Below, in pieces: positions 36,592-45,689 of a DNA stretch of 64,000 nucleotides (its first letter is position 1; each line of letters begins with the position of its first letter). The DNA is from an uncultured Chitinophagales bacterium (GTDB lineage Bacteria > Bacteroidota > Ignavibacteria > UBA10030 > UBA6906). The stretch is from positions 5,836 to 69,835 of the forward strand of contig CAZIHJ010000004.1 of the NCBI GenBank assembly GCA_964538485.1. Direction: 5' to 3'. Below the pieces are notes generated by a model. The model made no database searches, was not told the origin of the DNA, and saw nothing but the letters and a program-made list of their open reading frames with translations. A program made the translations under genes and the position numbers.

Positions 36592-36887
36592 GCAATCCGA
36601 TCGCAAATCTCAACAAGGTGTTCGAGAGCAGAGTCCGGCTCGGCCTCATGTCTGCCCTCGCAGTAAACGATGCACTTGACTTCAATTCCCTGAAGGAACT
36701 GCTCGGCACTACTGACGGCAATCTGGCTTCACATGCCGGTGCCCTCGAAGAAGAAGGTTACATCAAAGTTAGAAAGTCCTTTGTCGGAAAAAAAACCCGG
36801 ACAACCTATTCCATTACTGTTGCAGGGCAACAAGCATTCGGCGAGCATATCGATGCGCTTGTGCATCTTATCAGTATCTCACGATAA
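36588..36887 (+). CDS. Small winged-helix transcriptional regulator (PadR/MarR-like fold)
   Basis: 99 aa. ...FNSLKELLGTTDGNLASHAGALEEEGYIKVRKSFVGKKTRTTYSITVAGQQAF... has the wHTH pattern: recognition helix, then beta-hairpin wing with conserved G and basic residues. Confidence 0.6.
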   Translation: MSNPIANLNKVFESRVRLGLMSALAVNDALDFNSLKELLGTTDGNLASHAGALEEEGYIKVRKSFVGKKTRTTYSITVAGQQAFGEHIDALVHLISISR

Positions 36888-36916
36888 CTCAAACACTATT
36901 CTCTGGAGGGGATGTT

Positions 36917-38251
36917 ATGAATGACGGCTGGCTGAAACGCTCGGTGATGTTACGCATGATCATCATTGGATGCCTGACAATTGCAATGCTCGTACCATCT
37001 GTTCTGGTTATGGAACTCGTTTCTGATCGTGAGCAAACACGCGACAAGACAACGGCCGATGTGAGCGAAAAATGGGGAGAGGATCAAACTCTTGCAGGGC
37101 CAATATTGACCGTGCCGTTCAAACGCATGATACGGACTGAAGACGGAAATACACGATTCGTTATTGAACATGCGCAACTGCTACCGGAGAATGTGACATT
37201 TGCAGCAACTGCATCTCCGGAGGTACGGTACAGAGGCATTTATCAAGTGGTCCTGTACAATGCTGTGGTAAATATGCAGGCAACATTCTCACTGGAAGGT
37301 CTTGCCGGAATGAACATTGGTGAGGAGGATGTTCTGTGGGACGAGGCCTCTGCGGCCATTGGTATCAGCGATCTGAAGGGGGTGAAGGAAGCGGTCACAG
37401 TCCAATGGGGCGGCAAAGAGCTTACGGCTGAACCGGGTGTCGGTGCCTGCGATGCATTCCGGTCAGGGATCAACGTCAAACCGACAGTATCGGCAGGGTC
37501 AAAGCAGTACACATTTGCCGCCAGCCTCAATCTTAATGGAAGCAATGAATTGCAATTCGTTCCTACAGGAAAAAAAACACACGTGACCCTGACATCAACA
37601 TGGGAGTCACCAAGTTTCATCGGCCGGTTTCTGCCTGATAAACGGACAGTGCGGGAAGACGGATTCAGTGCGGAGTGGAATGTGTTGCATCTGAACCGAA
37701 ACTTCCCACAACAATGGATCAGCGAACGACAATCAAACGAGAACGCCAGGGTCGAGATCAACCCGTTCTCTTTCGGGGTAAAACTGATCTCGCCCAATGA
37801 CCAGTATCAACAGACAATGCGATCTGCGAAATATGCCATTATGTTCATCGCACTGACGTTTCTCGCCTTCTTCCTGACGGAGGTGCTCAACAAGAAAGTA
37901 GCCCATCCTGTCCAATATGCGCTCATAGGATTTGCCCTCGTGCTGTTCTACTGTCTGCTCCTTTCACTCTCCGAACACATGGCGTTCGCGACTGCCTATG
38001 TGATTTCCAGTGTGGCAATCATTCTCCTGGTTGCAGGGTACGCTCGCAGTGTCTTTGGCAGCTACAGCTTTGCAGCCACAGTTTCCTCTCTCCTTGCGCT
38101 GCTCTACACATTCTTGTTTGTCATTCTGCAGGAAGCGGACTATGCGTTGCTGGTTGGCAGCATCGGCTTATTTGCCGTTCTGGCACTTGTAATGTACTTA
38201 ACGAGAAAGATCGACTGGTACATGATTGGCAAGTCAGAGGATGTTGCGTAG
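36917..38251 (+). CDS. creD: Cell envelope integrity inner-membrane protein CreD
   Basis: 444 aa. TLTSTWESPSFIGRFLPDKRTVREDGFSAEWNV and PNDQYQQTMRSAKYAIMFIALTFLAFFLTEVL align with E. coli CreD (TLTSNWPHPSFLGDFLPAKR...; PADQYQLTDRATKYAILLIALTFMAFF...). Confidence 0.75.
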   Translation: MNDGWLKRSVMLRMIIIGCLTIAMLVPSVLVMELVSDREQTRDKTTADVSEKWGEDQTLAGPILTVPFKRMIRTEDGNTRFVIEHAQLLPENVTFAATASPEVRYRGIYQVVLYNAVVNMQATFSLEGLAGMNIGEEDVLWDEASAAIGISDLKGVKEAVTVQWGGKELTAEPGVGACDAFRSGINVKPTVSAGSKQYTFAASLNLNGSNELQFVPTGKKTHVTLTSTWESPSFIGRFLPDKRTVREDGFSAEWNVLHLNRNFPQQWISERQSNENARVEINPFSFGVKLISPNDQYQQTMRSAKYAIMFIALTFLAFFLTEVLNKKVAHPVQYALIGFALVLFYCLLLSLSEHMAFATAYVISSVAIILLVAGYARSVFGSYSFAATVSSLLALLYTFLFVILQEADYALLVGSIGLFAVLALVMYLTRKIDWYMIGKSEDVA

Positions 38252-38268
38252 TGTTCGGGTGAATAAGA

Positions 38269-38294
38269 CCCTCACCGGTGAAAGCTGGTGAGGG
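38269..38294. repeat. Copy 2 of the 26-nt hairpin element (CCCTCACCGGTGAAAGCTGGTGAGGG), between convergent creD and the S9 peptidase gene
   Basis: Differs from copy 1 (35773-35798) at one position (C vs T). The inner palindrome TCACCGGTGA is perfect. No T-run on either strand. Confidence 0.6.
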
Positions 38295-38361
38295 CCTTGC
38301 CTTTGTCACCCTTCGCGAAAACCGTCCGGTGATTCCCTTCACCCTGATGTGGGCTCGTGAG

Positions 38362-40452
38362 TTACTGCAGGAAACGAGCGGTATTTACCTCCAAATGCTT
38401 TCGGATGAACGCTTTGAGTTGAGGGGACGCCGGCGTGAGCCCCCCGGCGAAATGACGATCGGCAGCACTTTCGAGCAGGAACACCCAGGCTTCATCCCCC
38501 AGAGGGTCCACAGGTGTGTGGCCTGCGTCGGAGTCGATTAGAAGGACAACCTCCTTGCCGTTGCGTGTCGCCTCGGCGGCATAATGAGCGACGCTCTTGA
38601 CGGGCGTGCGATCATCATTCGCACCAGCCCAGAGATAAACCGGCGTGCGCATCTTTGACACCCAAGCCAGGGGGGATTCGCGTCGCATCTTTTTCCGCCA
38701 CGTTGAATCCGCGAACGGCAGGCCGTGCTGCGGGAAGCTGAGCGCCACGGGGGGACCGTTGCCACGCATCGACTCGCTTTCGTTGTCGACCTGCCACTGC
38801 TTCGCCCATCCATAATCTGTCGGGGGCGCACCCGCAAACGCGAAGCGGAATCGCTCCGGATAGTGGCTCACTGCCAGCAGGCTCAAATAGCCTCCGAATG
38901 AATGACCGGCAACGGCTTGCAGGTTGCGGTCGCTGATGCCATTTGTCAGGAGGAAATCAAGGCCGTCGATTACATCCGAGAGTACGCGACCATTTCCGAC
39001 GTCGCCGTTTGCCGCACGCTGATACCGAAGTCCGTAGCCGGTCGAGGCGCGGAAATTCGGGAGGAATACCACGTATCCGCGATTCGCCAACAACTGGAAG
39101 CGCGGATCGTAATTATCATAGAGCCGGGAAAATGGCCCGCCATGCAACCATGCGATCAGCGGGGCCTTTTCAAGTGGGGTTCCATGCGGCAGATAGACAT
39201 AGCCGTGGAGGATCATGCCATCGCGCGCGCGCCAACTCACGGGTTGGGCTGAGGTTAAATGATGCGGCGAAGGCATCGCCACCTTTGCGTCGTCCTGAAC
39301 AAACAGCGGTTGCAACCTGTCGCCTCCCGGTTCATACAGAAAGTGACGGGTCAACGGCCAGTTGGATTGCTCTGCCTTCACCAGCCAGGTACGGCCATCA
39401 TTCGCGTGCATTAACTCCAGATTGGCATCGGGAAGATGTCGTTGCAATGCGGTGAGGTGTGACTTCATGCTTTCGCTGTTGCCATACCAACGGCGCTTAT
39501 CACCATAATAGGCAATGGCCTGCCAATCTGCATTGGCATCATTCCATATCAGGTCCCCGGCATCGGCGATTCCGGCAGGATCACGATGCACTATCTTCCA
39601 TTGTGCCGTACCGGCTTGCCAGCGCTGCAGCACCATCTTGTCTTCACCACGGTGCGAAAGCATCCAGAGCAGATCGGCGTGCCCACCGTATCCGAGGAGT
39701 TCGAAGAACTCTATACCACTGAAGCGAGCCAGTTCGCTCACACCATCTTTGGTGTAACGCCGGATGACTGTATCGTAGTCCGGTCCATCGAAGGCCGCGG
39801 CAAAGGCAAGAGATCCATCCGTGCTCAACAATACTTTGCGCAGTGGCAAAGCGGCCTCGTGCATTAATCGGGTCTTGCCTGAATCATTAACGAGCAGATA
39901 ACGGTAACGCAGCATCTGATTCTTTTCAATCCGCTCGGCCACAATCGCATAGACCGGTGCATGCGCATCCACGCCGAAAAAGCTTTGCCGTCGGGAACGG
40001 TCCCATTTCAGTATGCGTTTCGCCTTACCCGTTGCCGGTGCAATAACGGCAAGGCCCTGCTCATCGGCCATCCATATCCTGTTTCCATCGCCAGACCATC
40101 TGTGTTCTGAGTTGCGCACATCGACAAGGAGGCGAACTCGCGTTCCATCCGCTACTTCCTGCAGCCACAAATCCGCACCCTGTTCGTTGCGTTTTAGAAA
40201 GGAGAGATAACGGCCATCCGGCGACAACTGCACGCTACCGATCACGGGGTGCTGCAGCAGCGCAGCACGAGCAATCACCGGTGGTTTCGTTTTGTTGACC
40301 GCCAGTTGAGCGGATTTCCGCAATGCGATACGCGCTGATTCAACTTGTCCGCCTGCCAGGCAATGCCTACCCAAAAACAGGGCCAGCAATGCGCACACTA
40401 TGATAGAAATGCTCCTGACTTGCCCTCCGTATTTGACTCCCATGGGGTTCAC
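38362..40452 (-). CDS. S9 family serine peptidase (prolyl oligopeptidase/dipeptidyl aminopeptidase-like), exported
   Basis: 696 aa. Signal-like N-terminus, beta-propeller N-domain, catalytic Ser in GHSFGGYLSL, C-terminal Asp/His. Start overlaps the upstream permease stop (ATGA). Confidence 0.8.
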   Translation of the reverse strand: MNPMGVKYGGQVRSISIIVCALLALFLGRHCLAGGQVESARIALRKSAQLAVNKTKPPVIARAALLQHPVIGSVQLSPDGRYLSFLKRNEQGADLWLQEVADGTRVRLLVDVRNSEHRWSGDGNRIWMADEQGLAVIAPATGKAKRILKWDRSRRQSFFGVDAHAPVYAIVAERIEKNQMLRYRYLLVNDSGKTRLMHEAALPLRKVLLSTDGSLAFAAAFDGPDYDTVIRRYTKDGVSELARFSGIEFFELLGYGGHADLLWMLSHRGEDKMVLQRWQAGTAQWKIVHRDPAGIADAGDLIWNDANADWQAIAYYGDKRRWYGNSESMKSHLTALQRHLPDANLELMHANDGRTWLVKAEQSNWPLTRHFLYEPGGDRLQPLFVQDDAKVAMPSPHHLTSAQPVSWRARDGMILHGYVYLPHGTPLEKAPLIAWLHGGPFSRLYDNYDPRFQLLANRGYVVFLPNFRASTGYGLRYQRAANGDVGNGRVLSDVIDGLDFLLTNGISDRNLQAVAGHSFGGYLSLLAVSHYPERFRFAFAGAPPTDYGWAKQWQVDNESESMRGNGPPVALSFPQHGLPFADSTWRKKMRRESPLAWVSKMRTPVYLWAGANDDRTPVKSVAHYAAEATRNGKEVVLLIDSDAGHTPVDPLGDEAWVFLLESAADRHFAGGLTPASPQLKAFIRKHLEVNTARFLQ

Positions 40453-42266
40453 TTATGCGTAGCGCGGGGCTCAAGACACACAAGGCTGAGAAACGCGGGA
40501 AGGCCAAGCACCAAACAACTCGCCAGCCACAAGCGCCTGCGCGCCGGATTGACCGGCACTCCACGCAACCACCAGTGGCCCAGTGCAAACGAGAGAAGCA
40601 TCAATCCCGCTGCCACCGGATAGAACACCGGCACCACGGGTAACGGTGCGAGTTGTGGTGGCTGCGTCAGCCCTTTATCGAGTGCGGTCTCGGGCCACCT
40701 AGCCAGGAGGTATAATACCGGCGAGAGCCACCACGACGCTCTCGGAACCAGTGGTGCATCCCCGATACTGATGCTGACATTGCTGATATTTCTGACTTCA
40801 CCCACCACAGTTGACGTGCCACTCTCATTGATATGCACGACTTGCTGCCATTGCTCGGCCAGGCTTTCGAAACCATCGAGCTCCCCCGGCGTGAAATAGA
40901 AGACCGAAACCAACCAGCCGTCCAGCAGCTCAACAATGCTCACCGACGGCACTTCCCTCTCTTCGATGGCCAATGGAAGCTGCCAGTCGAGCTGCAAAGG
41001 AGCGAACTTCGAAGCCGCCCGCCTGTCTTCCCGGTAGGCGAGCAGACGCTGATTCGTCAGTACCAGGGTGCGATCGAGAGCGCGCACGGGGTGGCTGACG
41101 AACCATTCGCCGCGTGGCAGATGAAGGAGTTCATGCTGGCGTTGGGTTTCGTCGTCGATTGCAAAGAGCACCCCGGAGCTCATACTGAAGATGGGGATTT
41201 GGGTGAACGCGTGCTGATCACCTGCGCCGTTTGCGCCCCACCATCCGCGATCATCGCCGGTCTTCAGGTCGCGCCCGTGAAACATCATCCGGTCGTGGCT
41301 GAACGTCCAATCGATCCCGCGCTTTGCATCCCACCACCGTCCGCGCAGATTGGAGATCTGGTTTCGCACCGGGAATTGCCCGAGGTCGGGCTGCAGATCA
41401 GCAACTTCCAGCAATGGTATTTGCTCACGCCATTCGGCAGCCCGCGGATCCTTACTCGCCCCGAGCCCCCGAATAAAACCATTCTGGCTAAACGAACGCG
41501 CCGACGCAGCCGCATTCTCATCCGTTGCCAAAACGGTCACCGCCGGGTAGTTGTTCTCCGCCATGAGTTCCACAACACTGACGGCCACTTTGCTCAGATG
41601 GAACACGATCAGGAAAAACACCAGTTGCAGCGGCAACACGGTGAGCAGCAGCACGCTGGATTGTGCGATCGGTGAGGATCGATCGGCACGGAAGCTATGC
41701 ATTGCAACCCAGGTAAGCCAAGCAAGGGAGACGAATACCGGCAAGAGTAACGACCACACCGAGGCGAGATGCATCGCCAACAGAAACGGCACAACCAAAA
41801 GGGCAACCGTGAGTCTGTTCCAGCTGACGCTGGCATGGGCCCCGGCGAGCCAGGCCATCATCGTGAACGCCAGCATATGGAACAGCGCGACGTAATGACG
41901 AATGTCGACCACATGCGTCGTGAACAGATCGGTCGCAAGTACGAACATCAGCAAAGGCAGGAAGATGGCCACGGTCAGCATGGCAAGAGCCGATAAGGCC
42001 AACGCGGCAAAAATCCGTGGCGGTGCCAATGGACGATGAATAAGCCATAACCACTGGCTGGGCTTGCGATAGCTCCCCACCTGCACCAGAGCCAGCATGA
42101 GGCCTATCAGCATGGAGATTACCAGCATCATACCCTGGTCGTCGACCGGCATTTGGAGCACATTGGTGATGCGTGACAGAAAAAGCAACATAAGCCCATT
42201 GCAGGCCGTAACGATCAACATGGCCCGGCGGAAACGGCGCCACTCCGAGAAGAAGAGGTCTTTCAT
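40449..42266 (-). CDS. Polytopic membrane protein: ABC-2-type permease-like N-terminal TM bundle plus ~300-aa extracytoplasmic domain and C-terminal TM helices
   Basis: 605 aa. Six N-terminal hydrophobic helices, large hydrophilic middle (residues ~230-530), two C-terminal helices. Sits between an ABC ATPase and the S9 peptidase with 4-nt overlaps on both sides. The antisense 280-aa ORF 40833..41675 is rejected. Confidence 0.6.
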   Translation of the reverse strand: MKDLFFSEWRRFRRAMLIVTACNGLMLLFLSRITNVLQMPVDDQGMMLVISMLIGLMLALVQVGSYRKPSQWLWLIHRPLAPPRIFAALALSALAMLTVAIFLPLLMFVLATDLFTTHVVDIRHYVALFHMLAFTMMAWLAGAHASVSWNRLTVALLVVPFLLAMHLASVWSLLLPVFVSLAWLTWVAMHSFRADRSSPIAQSSVLLLTVLPLQLVFFLIVFHLSKVAVSVVELMAENNYPAVTVLATDENAAASARSFSQNGFIRGLGASKDPRAAEWREQIPLLEVADLQPDLGQFPVRNQISNLRGRWWDAKRGIDWTFSHDRMMFHGRDLKTGDDRGWWGANGAGDQHAFTQIPIFSMSSGVLFAIDDETQRQHELLHLPRGEWFVSHPVRALDRTLVLTNQRLLAYREDRRAASKFAPLQLDWQLPLAIEEREVPSVSIVELLDGWLVSVFYFTPGELDGFESLAEQWQQVVHINESGTSTVVGEVRNISNVSISIGDAPLVPRASWWLSPVLYLLARWPETALDKGLTQPPQLAPLPVVPVFYPVAAGLMLLSFALGHWWLRGVPVNPARRRLWLASCLVLGLPAFLSLVCLEPRATHK

Positions 42267-43243
42267 CTCATTCCCCTCCCCTCTTCTGGCACCGGTGTTG
42301 CGTGACCGCGGGCCAGGAAGGCATTCACGGCCCGGTCCAGATTTGCCGTACCCCGATTGAGCCTGCGGGCACCCTGCCGCTCGAGCAACACCCCGAAGGC
42401 ATCCTCTTGGTCGAGCACCACAAAGTGGAATAAGCCGTCAATGCGCTGGCACTGTAACACACCGGGGAGTGTGTCAAGTCCGGGTACGGCGGATGGGAAA
42501 TCGGCGATCCACAACTGCACCCGCTCGCAGAATTCGTCTGGCGGCGACATGTGCATCAGCCGGCCCTGCTCAAGGATGATCAGGTTGTCGGCGAGCCTCT
42601 CGATCTCCTCCATCTGATGGGAACAATAGATGATCGTGGTATCGGTGTTTTCCACCGAAGCGAGGACCGTCTCAAGAAAGGCACGTTTGGCCACGACATC
42701 CAGCCCGAGCGTCGGCTCGTCGAGAATCAGCAACTCCGGTTCCTGGGCGAGTGCCATCGCAAGGTTCACACCGGCACGCTCGCCGCGAGAGAGTTCGGCA
42801 ATCCGCTGCCCGGACTGTACATGGAAATGGCCGATGACGCCCCGGTAGCGCTCATCATTCCATTGCGGGTACTGGTGGCGTTGCATCGACACGACTTCGC
42901 CGACACGCAACCAGGAAGGAACGCTGTGTTCCTCGTTGACGAAGCCGATACGTGCACGCTCGTTTTCGGTGAGCGCAGCGCAATCGTGTCCGAGGATCCT
43001 TGCCCTTCCACCGGTGGGCGACTGAAAGCCAAGAAGCACGCGGAATAATGAGGTCTTGCCGGCGCCGTTGGCACCAACGATGGCATGAATCCGGCCGCGC
43101 GGAATGCGTAGAGTCAGTTGGTTCAACGCCCTTTTGCGTCCGTAGTACAGGTCGAGTCGGTCGGTCTCGATCACATAGTCTGATACTTCAGGAGCTGATG
43201 ATACCGCGCTTTTCGGAAGCGCGTAAAGATTGGGGATAGACAT
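42263..43243 (-). CDS. ABC transporter ATP-binding protein
   Basis: Start at MSIPNLYAL (AGGAAC RBS). Walker A GANGAGKTS, signature LSRGERAGV, Walker B LLILDEPT. The ORF upstream of 43243 in the same frame is an N-terminal over-extension. Confidence 0.85.
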   Translation of the reverse strand: MSIPNLYALPKSAVSSAPEVSDYVIETDRLDLYYGRKRALNQLTLRIPRGRIHAIVGANGAGKTSLFRVLLGFQSPTGGRARILGHDCAALTENERARIGFVNEEHSVPSWLRVGEVVSMQRHQYPQWNDERYRGVIGHFHVQSGQRIAELSRGERAGVNLAMALAQEPELLILDEPTLGLDVVAKRAFLETVLASVENTDTTIIYCSHQMEEIERLADNLIILEQGRLMHMSPPDEFCERVQLWIADFPSAVPGLDTLPGVLQCQRIDGLFHFVVLDQEDAFGVLLERQGARRLNRGTANLDRAVNAFLARGHATPVPEEGRGMR

Positions 43244-43251
43244 AGTGTTCC

Positions 43252-43662
43252 TTATGCGGATCGTTTGGCAAGATACGGAGCCAAGGTGTCGCTCACCTGT
43301 TCGAGAACATGTTCGCACGGGAAGTCCAGCCCGACTACTTCGGCAACGAAGGCCTCCACAGCGAGCGCCAAGCGCCGTTCTCTTTCGGCCTGCGAAAAGC
43401 GTTGGCGCGGCGCGGCCACGAATAATCCCAGACTCTGGCGAGCATCCAGCCAACCTTCATTGGTCAGTTCGGCATAAGCATTGGCCACGGTTTTCGGGTT
43501 AATCGTCAGTTGCAGTGCAAGCCCGCGAATAGTGGGCAGCTGTGAGCCCACAGGCAGCTCGCCGCTTGCAATCTGCAAACGAATACCGTCGGTGATTTGG
43601 CGAGTGATCGGGCGCGGGTCGATCGGGCTGATCTGTAGAAAAACTGGGACTGTGCGAGACAT
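43252..43662 (-). CDS. GntR family transcriptional regulator, YtrA-like short subfamily
   Basis: 136 aa. N-terminal wHTH ...ITDGIRLQIASGELPVGSQLPTIRGLALQLTINPKTVANAYAEL. Short C-terminal effector region typical of the YtrA subfamily that controls ABC exporters. Confidence 0.85.
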   Translation of the reverse strand: MSRTVPVFLQISPIDPRPITRQITDGIRLQIASGELPVGSQLPTIRGLALQLTINPKTVANAYAELTNEGWLDARQSLGLFVAAPRQRFSQAERERRLALAVEAFVAEVVGLDFPCEHVLEQVSDTLAPYLAKRSA

Positions 43663-43670
43663 CGGGTTTC

Positions 43671-43712
43671 CTTGTACCTATTGTACCGGTTATGATGGTA
43701 CAAATGGTACGG
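43671..43712. promoter_or_regulatory. Extended dyad-symmetric operator immediately upstream of the GntR gene start
   Basis: cTTGTACCtaTTGTACCggttatgatGGTACAAatGGTACgg has nested inverted repeats with two GTAC half-sites per arm, in the GT-N-AC style of GntR/YtrA operators. Lies 9-50 nt upstream of the GntR ATG (43662), in the 310-bp divergent region shared with the 43974 outer-membrane protein gene. Confidence 0.6.
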
Positions 43713-43973
43713 AAGATGATCATGAATGTCAAGAAGGATCATTGACGGTTTGCGTTTGACGGACCCTCACGCAAGGAGATGTCCTCCCAGCCTCGGTTGC
43801 AGACTCCGCCGGATCATTGCTTGCATTTTTCTGGCTCATTCTGTAATTTCGTCCGGAATTTTATACTATTTGGATTCAATGTATTCTCCATACAGTTCAT
43901 TGCCGGCTCATCCCTTCCGACTTCACCAGTCCACTAACCCACTATTCAAAAACCAAAACGAAAGGAGCTCCAC

Positions 43974-44648
43974 ATGAGCTCACGCATGATGATCCTTTTG
44001 CTTTGCTTCTTTTTTGTGGCCGCCCCCTCACTGGTGTTTGCCCAGGATGAAGAGCCCTGCGACTGGGGTTATTTATTCAGTTGGCAGCCCAACTTCGATG
44101 TTAGCAAGTATTATGTGGGGAGCGTATACAACAGCGCGAACACCAAACTTCCACTCGTGGGAATCGGGGCAGAACGATATCTTTCTAAAAACTGGGGCGT
44201 GCAGCTTGGTCTGAATTTCGGGTTGGACAATTCCAGCCAGGATGATACCACGAGGACAGTGGACAACAATGCGCTTGATCTCGGATTGAAGATCGGGGCG
44301 AACTACTACTTCCAGGGGAAAGACAAGACAATCGCACCTTACGTTGGCGGATGGGCAAGCTATTCTCTCTATAACGAGACACTGACAGACAAACCTGTTA
44401 CTGGGACTGAATTCAAGAGAGAGTACTCCGCAAGCACGATCGGAATTGGCGTTACGGGAGGAGCATACTGGCAACCATGGGATGATACCGATCTTGATTT
44501 TGGTTTTTATTACAATCTCGGGGTGATGATCACGCCATCGAGTACGCTTAAGATCACCTCAGGCGGACAGACCTCTGAGACAGAAGGGCCCAGCAGAATA
44601 ACAGCAGGCGATTGTGGGGGCGGGATCAACCTACGGTTGAGCTTCTAA
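43974..44648 (+). CDS. Outer-membrane beta-barrel protein (OmpA-like/opacity-type porin fold)
   Basis: 224 aa. Signal peptide MSSRMMILLLCFFFVAAPSLVFAQ, alternating strands, C-terminal F (..INLRLSF). Confidence 0.6.
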   Translation: MSSRMMILLLCFFFVAAPSLVFAQDEEPCDWGYLFSWQPNFDVSKYYVGSVYNSANTKLPLVGIGAERYLSKNWGVQLGLNFGLDNSSQDDTTRTVDNNALDLGLKIGANYYFQGKDKTIAPYVGGWASYSLYNETLTDKPVTGTEFKREYSASTIGIGVTGGAYWQPWDDTDLDFGFYYNLGVMITPSSTLKITSGGQTSETEGPSRITAGDCGGGINLRLSF

Positions 44649-44678
44649 AAAAGGAAATATTGACGAGCACACACTTGG

Positions 44679-44761
44679 GTCCACGAAGAACACACCGAGA
44701 GCTCGCGCGAATGTCCCGCCCGAATTAACCTTGAGTGTCCTTCGTGGACTGTTGTTTTTTT
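44679..44761 (+). terminator. Terminator-like structure with a long structured loop
   Basis: GTCCACGAAGAACAC (44679-44693) pairs with GTGTCCTTCGTGGAC (44735-44749) with one mismatch. The 41-nt loop contains the GAGCTCGCGCG mini-palindrome. Followed by TGTTGTTTTTTTT. Confidence 0.45.
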
Positions 44762-45053
44762 AATGCTCTTCGACTCCCCTCAGCACATGATATCTTGATT
44801 ATTATGTTGTAGCAGCCCACGACTTTATTCGTGAGACGCGGAAACAAAGCCAGCCGCACAAGAACCTGCGTCGCTGGTTTGTCTCTTCTCATTGATCTCC
44901 ACTATTATCGTAGGAATCTCTCCACCACCTCAACATTCTCGATTATGGTTCCATAAAATCTAGCAACAAATGTCGAATCAGTCCGTATTTTATCCTCACA
45001 TTACGTGGTCACATTTCAACTCTCAGGTACTACTACACGAGGCCAAAACAGAA

Positions 45054-45608
45054 ATGAAGAAGTTCGTAGCAGCGACTGCCGTGGTTATTACAGTCTTTGC
45101 CGGCACAATCCGCGGATACTCACAGCATTGGTCGCTCGGAGGGAATACGGGTTTGTCTGTGCTTGGTGGGTCTCCCGGTTTTCAGCTGACTCCAACGGCA
45201 GAAATGCTCATCAATCGAAATATCAGCATCGGATCCGAGTTCAGTATCAATACGCAGTATGGCGCGCCGCTGATATGGTATCCGTATTTCAAGTACTATT
45301 TCAGTATTCACGGATCACAAGTGCGGCCGTTTGCCAGTGCCGGACCTGTACTGGCATTGAACGTCCCAAATGGCCCCTGTTTTGGATTTCTCTTTGGCGG
45401 GGGATTCAAAGTTCCTGTTGCACGGAGATTGTATTTTGCTCCAAATGTACTCCTCGGTCCGGTCTTCAATTATGCGGGGGGCGCTTTCCCCTTCATCCTC
45501 CGGGGATATTACTGGGGATTTGAAACGTATGGTTTGTCGACTTACAAGATCCCCAGTGTGACAGTATTTGCATTCTCCTTGAGGGGAGGCATTCACTACG
45601 AGATATGA
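45054..45608 (+). CDS. Outer-membrane beta-barrel protein
   Basis: Start at MKKFVAATAVVITVFAGTIRGYSQ (signal peptide). 8-10 amphipathic beta strands. Confidence 0.55.
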   Translation: MKKFVAATAVVITVFAGTIRGYSQHWSLGGNTGLSVLGGSPGFQLTPTAEMLINRNISIGSEFSINTQYGAPLIWYPYFKYYFSIHGSQVRPFASAGPVLALNVPNGPCFGFLFGGGFKVPVARRLYFAPNVLLGPVFNYAGGAFPFILRGYYWGFETYGLSTYKIPSVTVFAFSLRGGIHYEI

Positions 45609-45637
45609 ACATTCTGAATCGCACCCCTCGACATGGC

Positions 45638-45662
45638 GACGGCAGGTAAAGTACCTGCCGTC
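45638..45662. terminator. Bidirectional hairpin terminator between convergent genes
   Basis: GACGGCAGGT-aaagt-ACCTGCCGTC, perfect 10-bp stem. Lies between the outer-membrane protein gene (+, ends 45608) and the DUF2911 gene (-, ends 45690). Confidence 0.55.
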
Positions 45663-45689
45663 TGTGTGGTCTTGTTGCCGTGGCTGGTG

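Noticed and set aside
40833-41675. 280-aa plus-strand ORF
   Set aside because: Antisense to the 605-aa permease-like gene that is translationally coupled on both sides. The product is Arg/Pro-rich low-complexity sequence.
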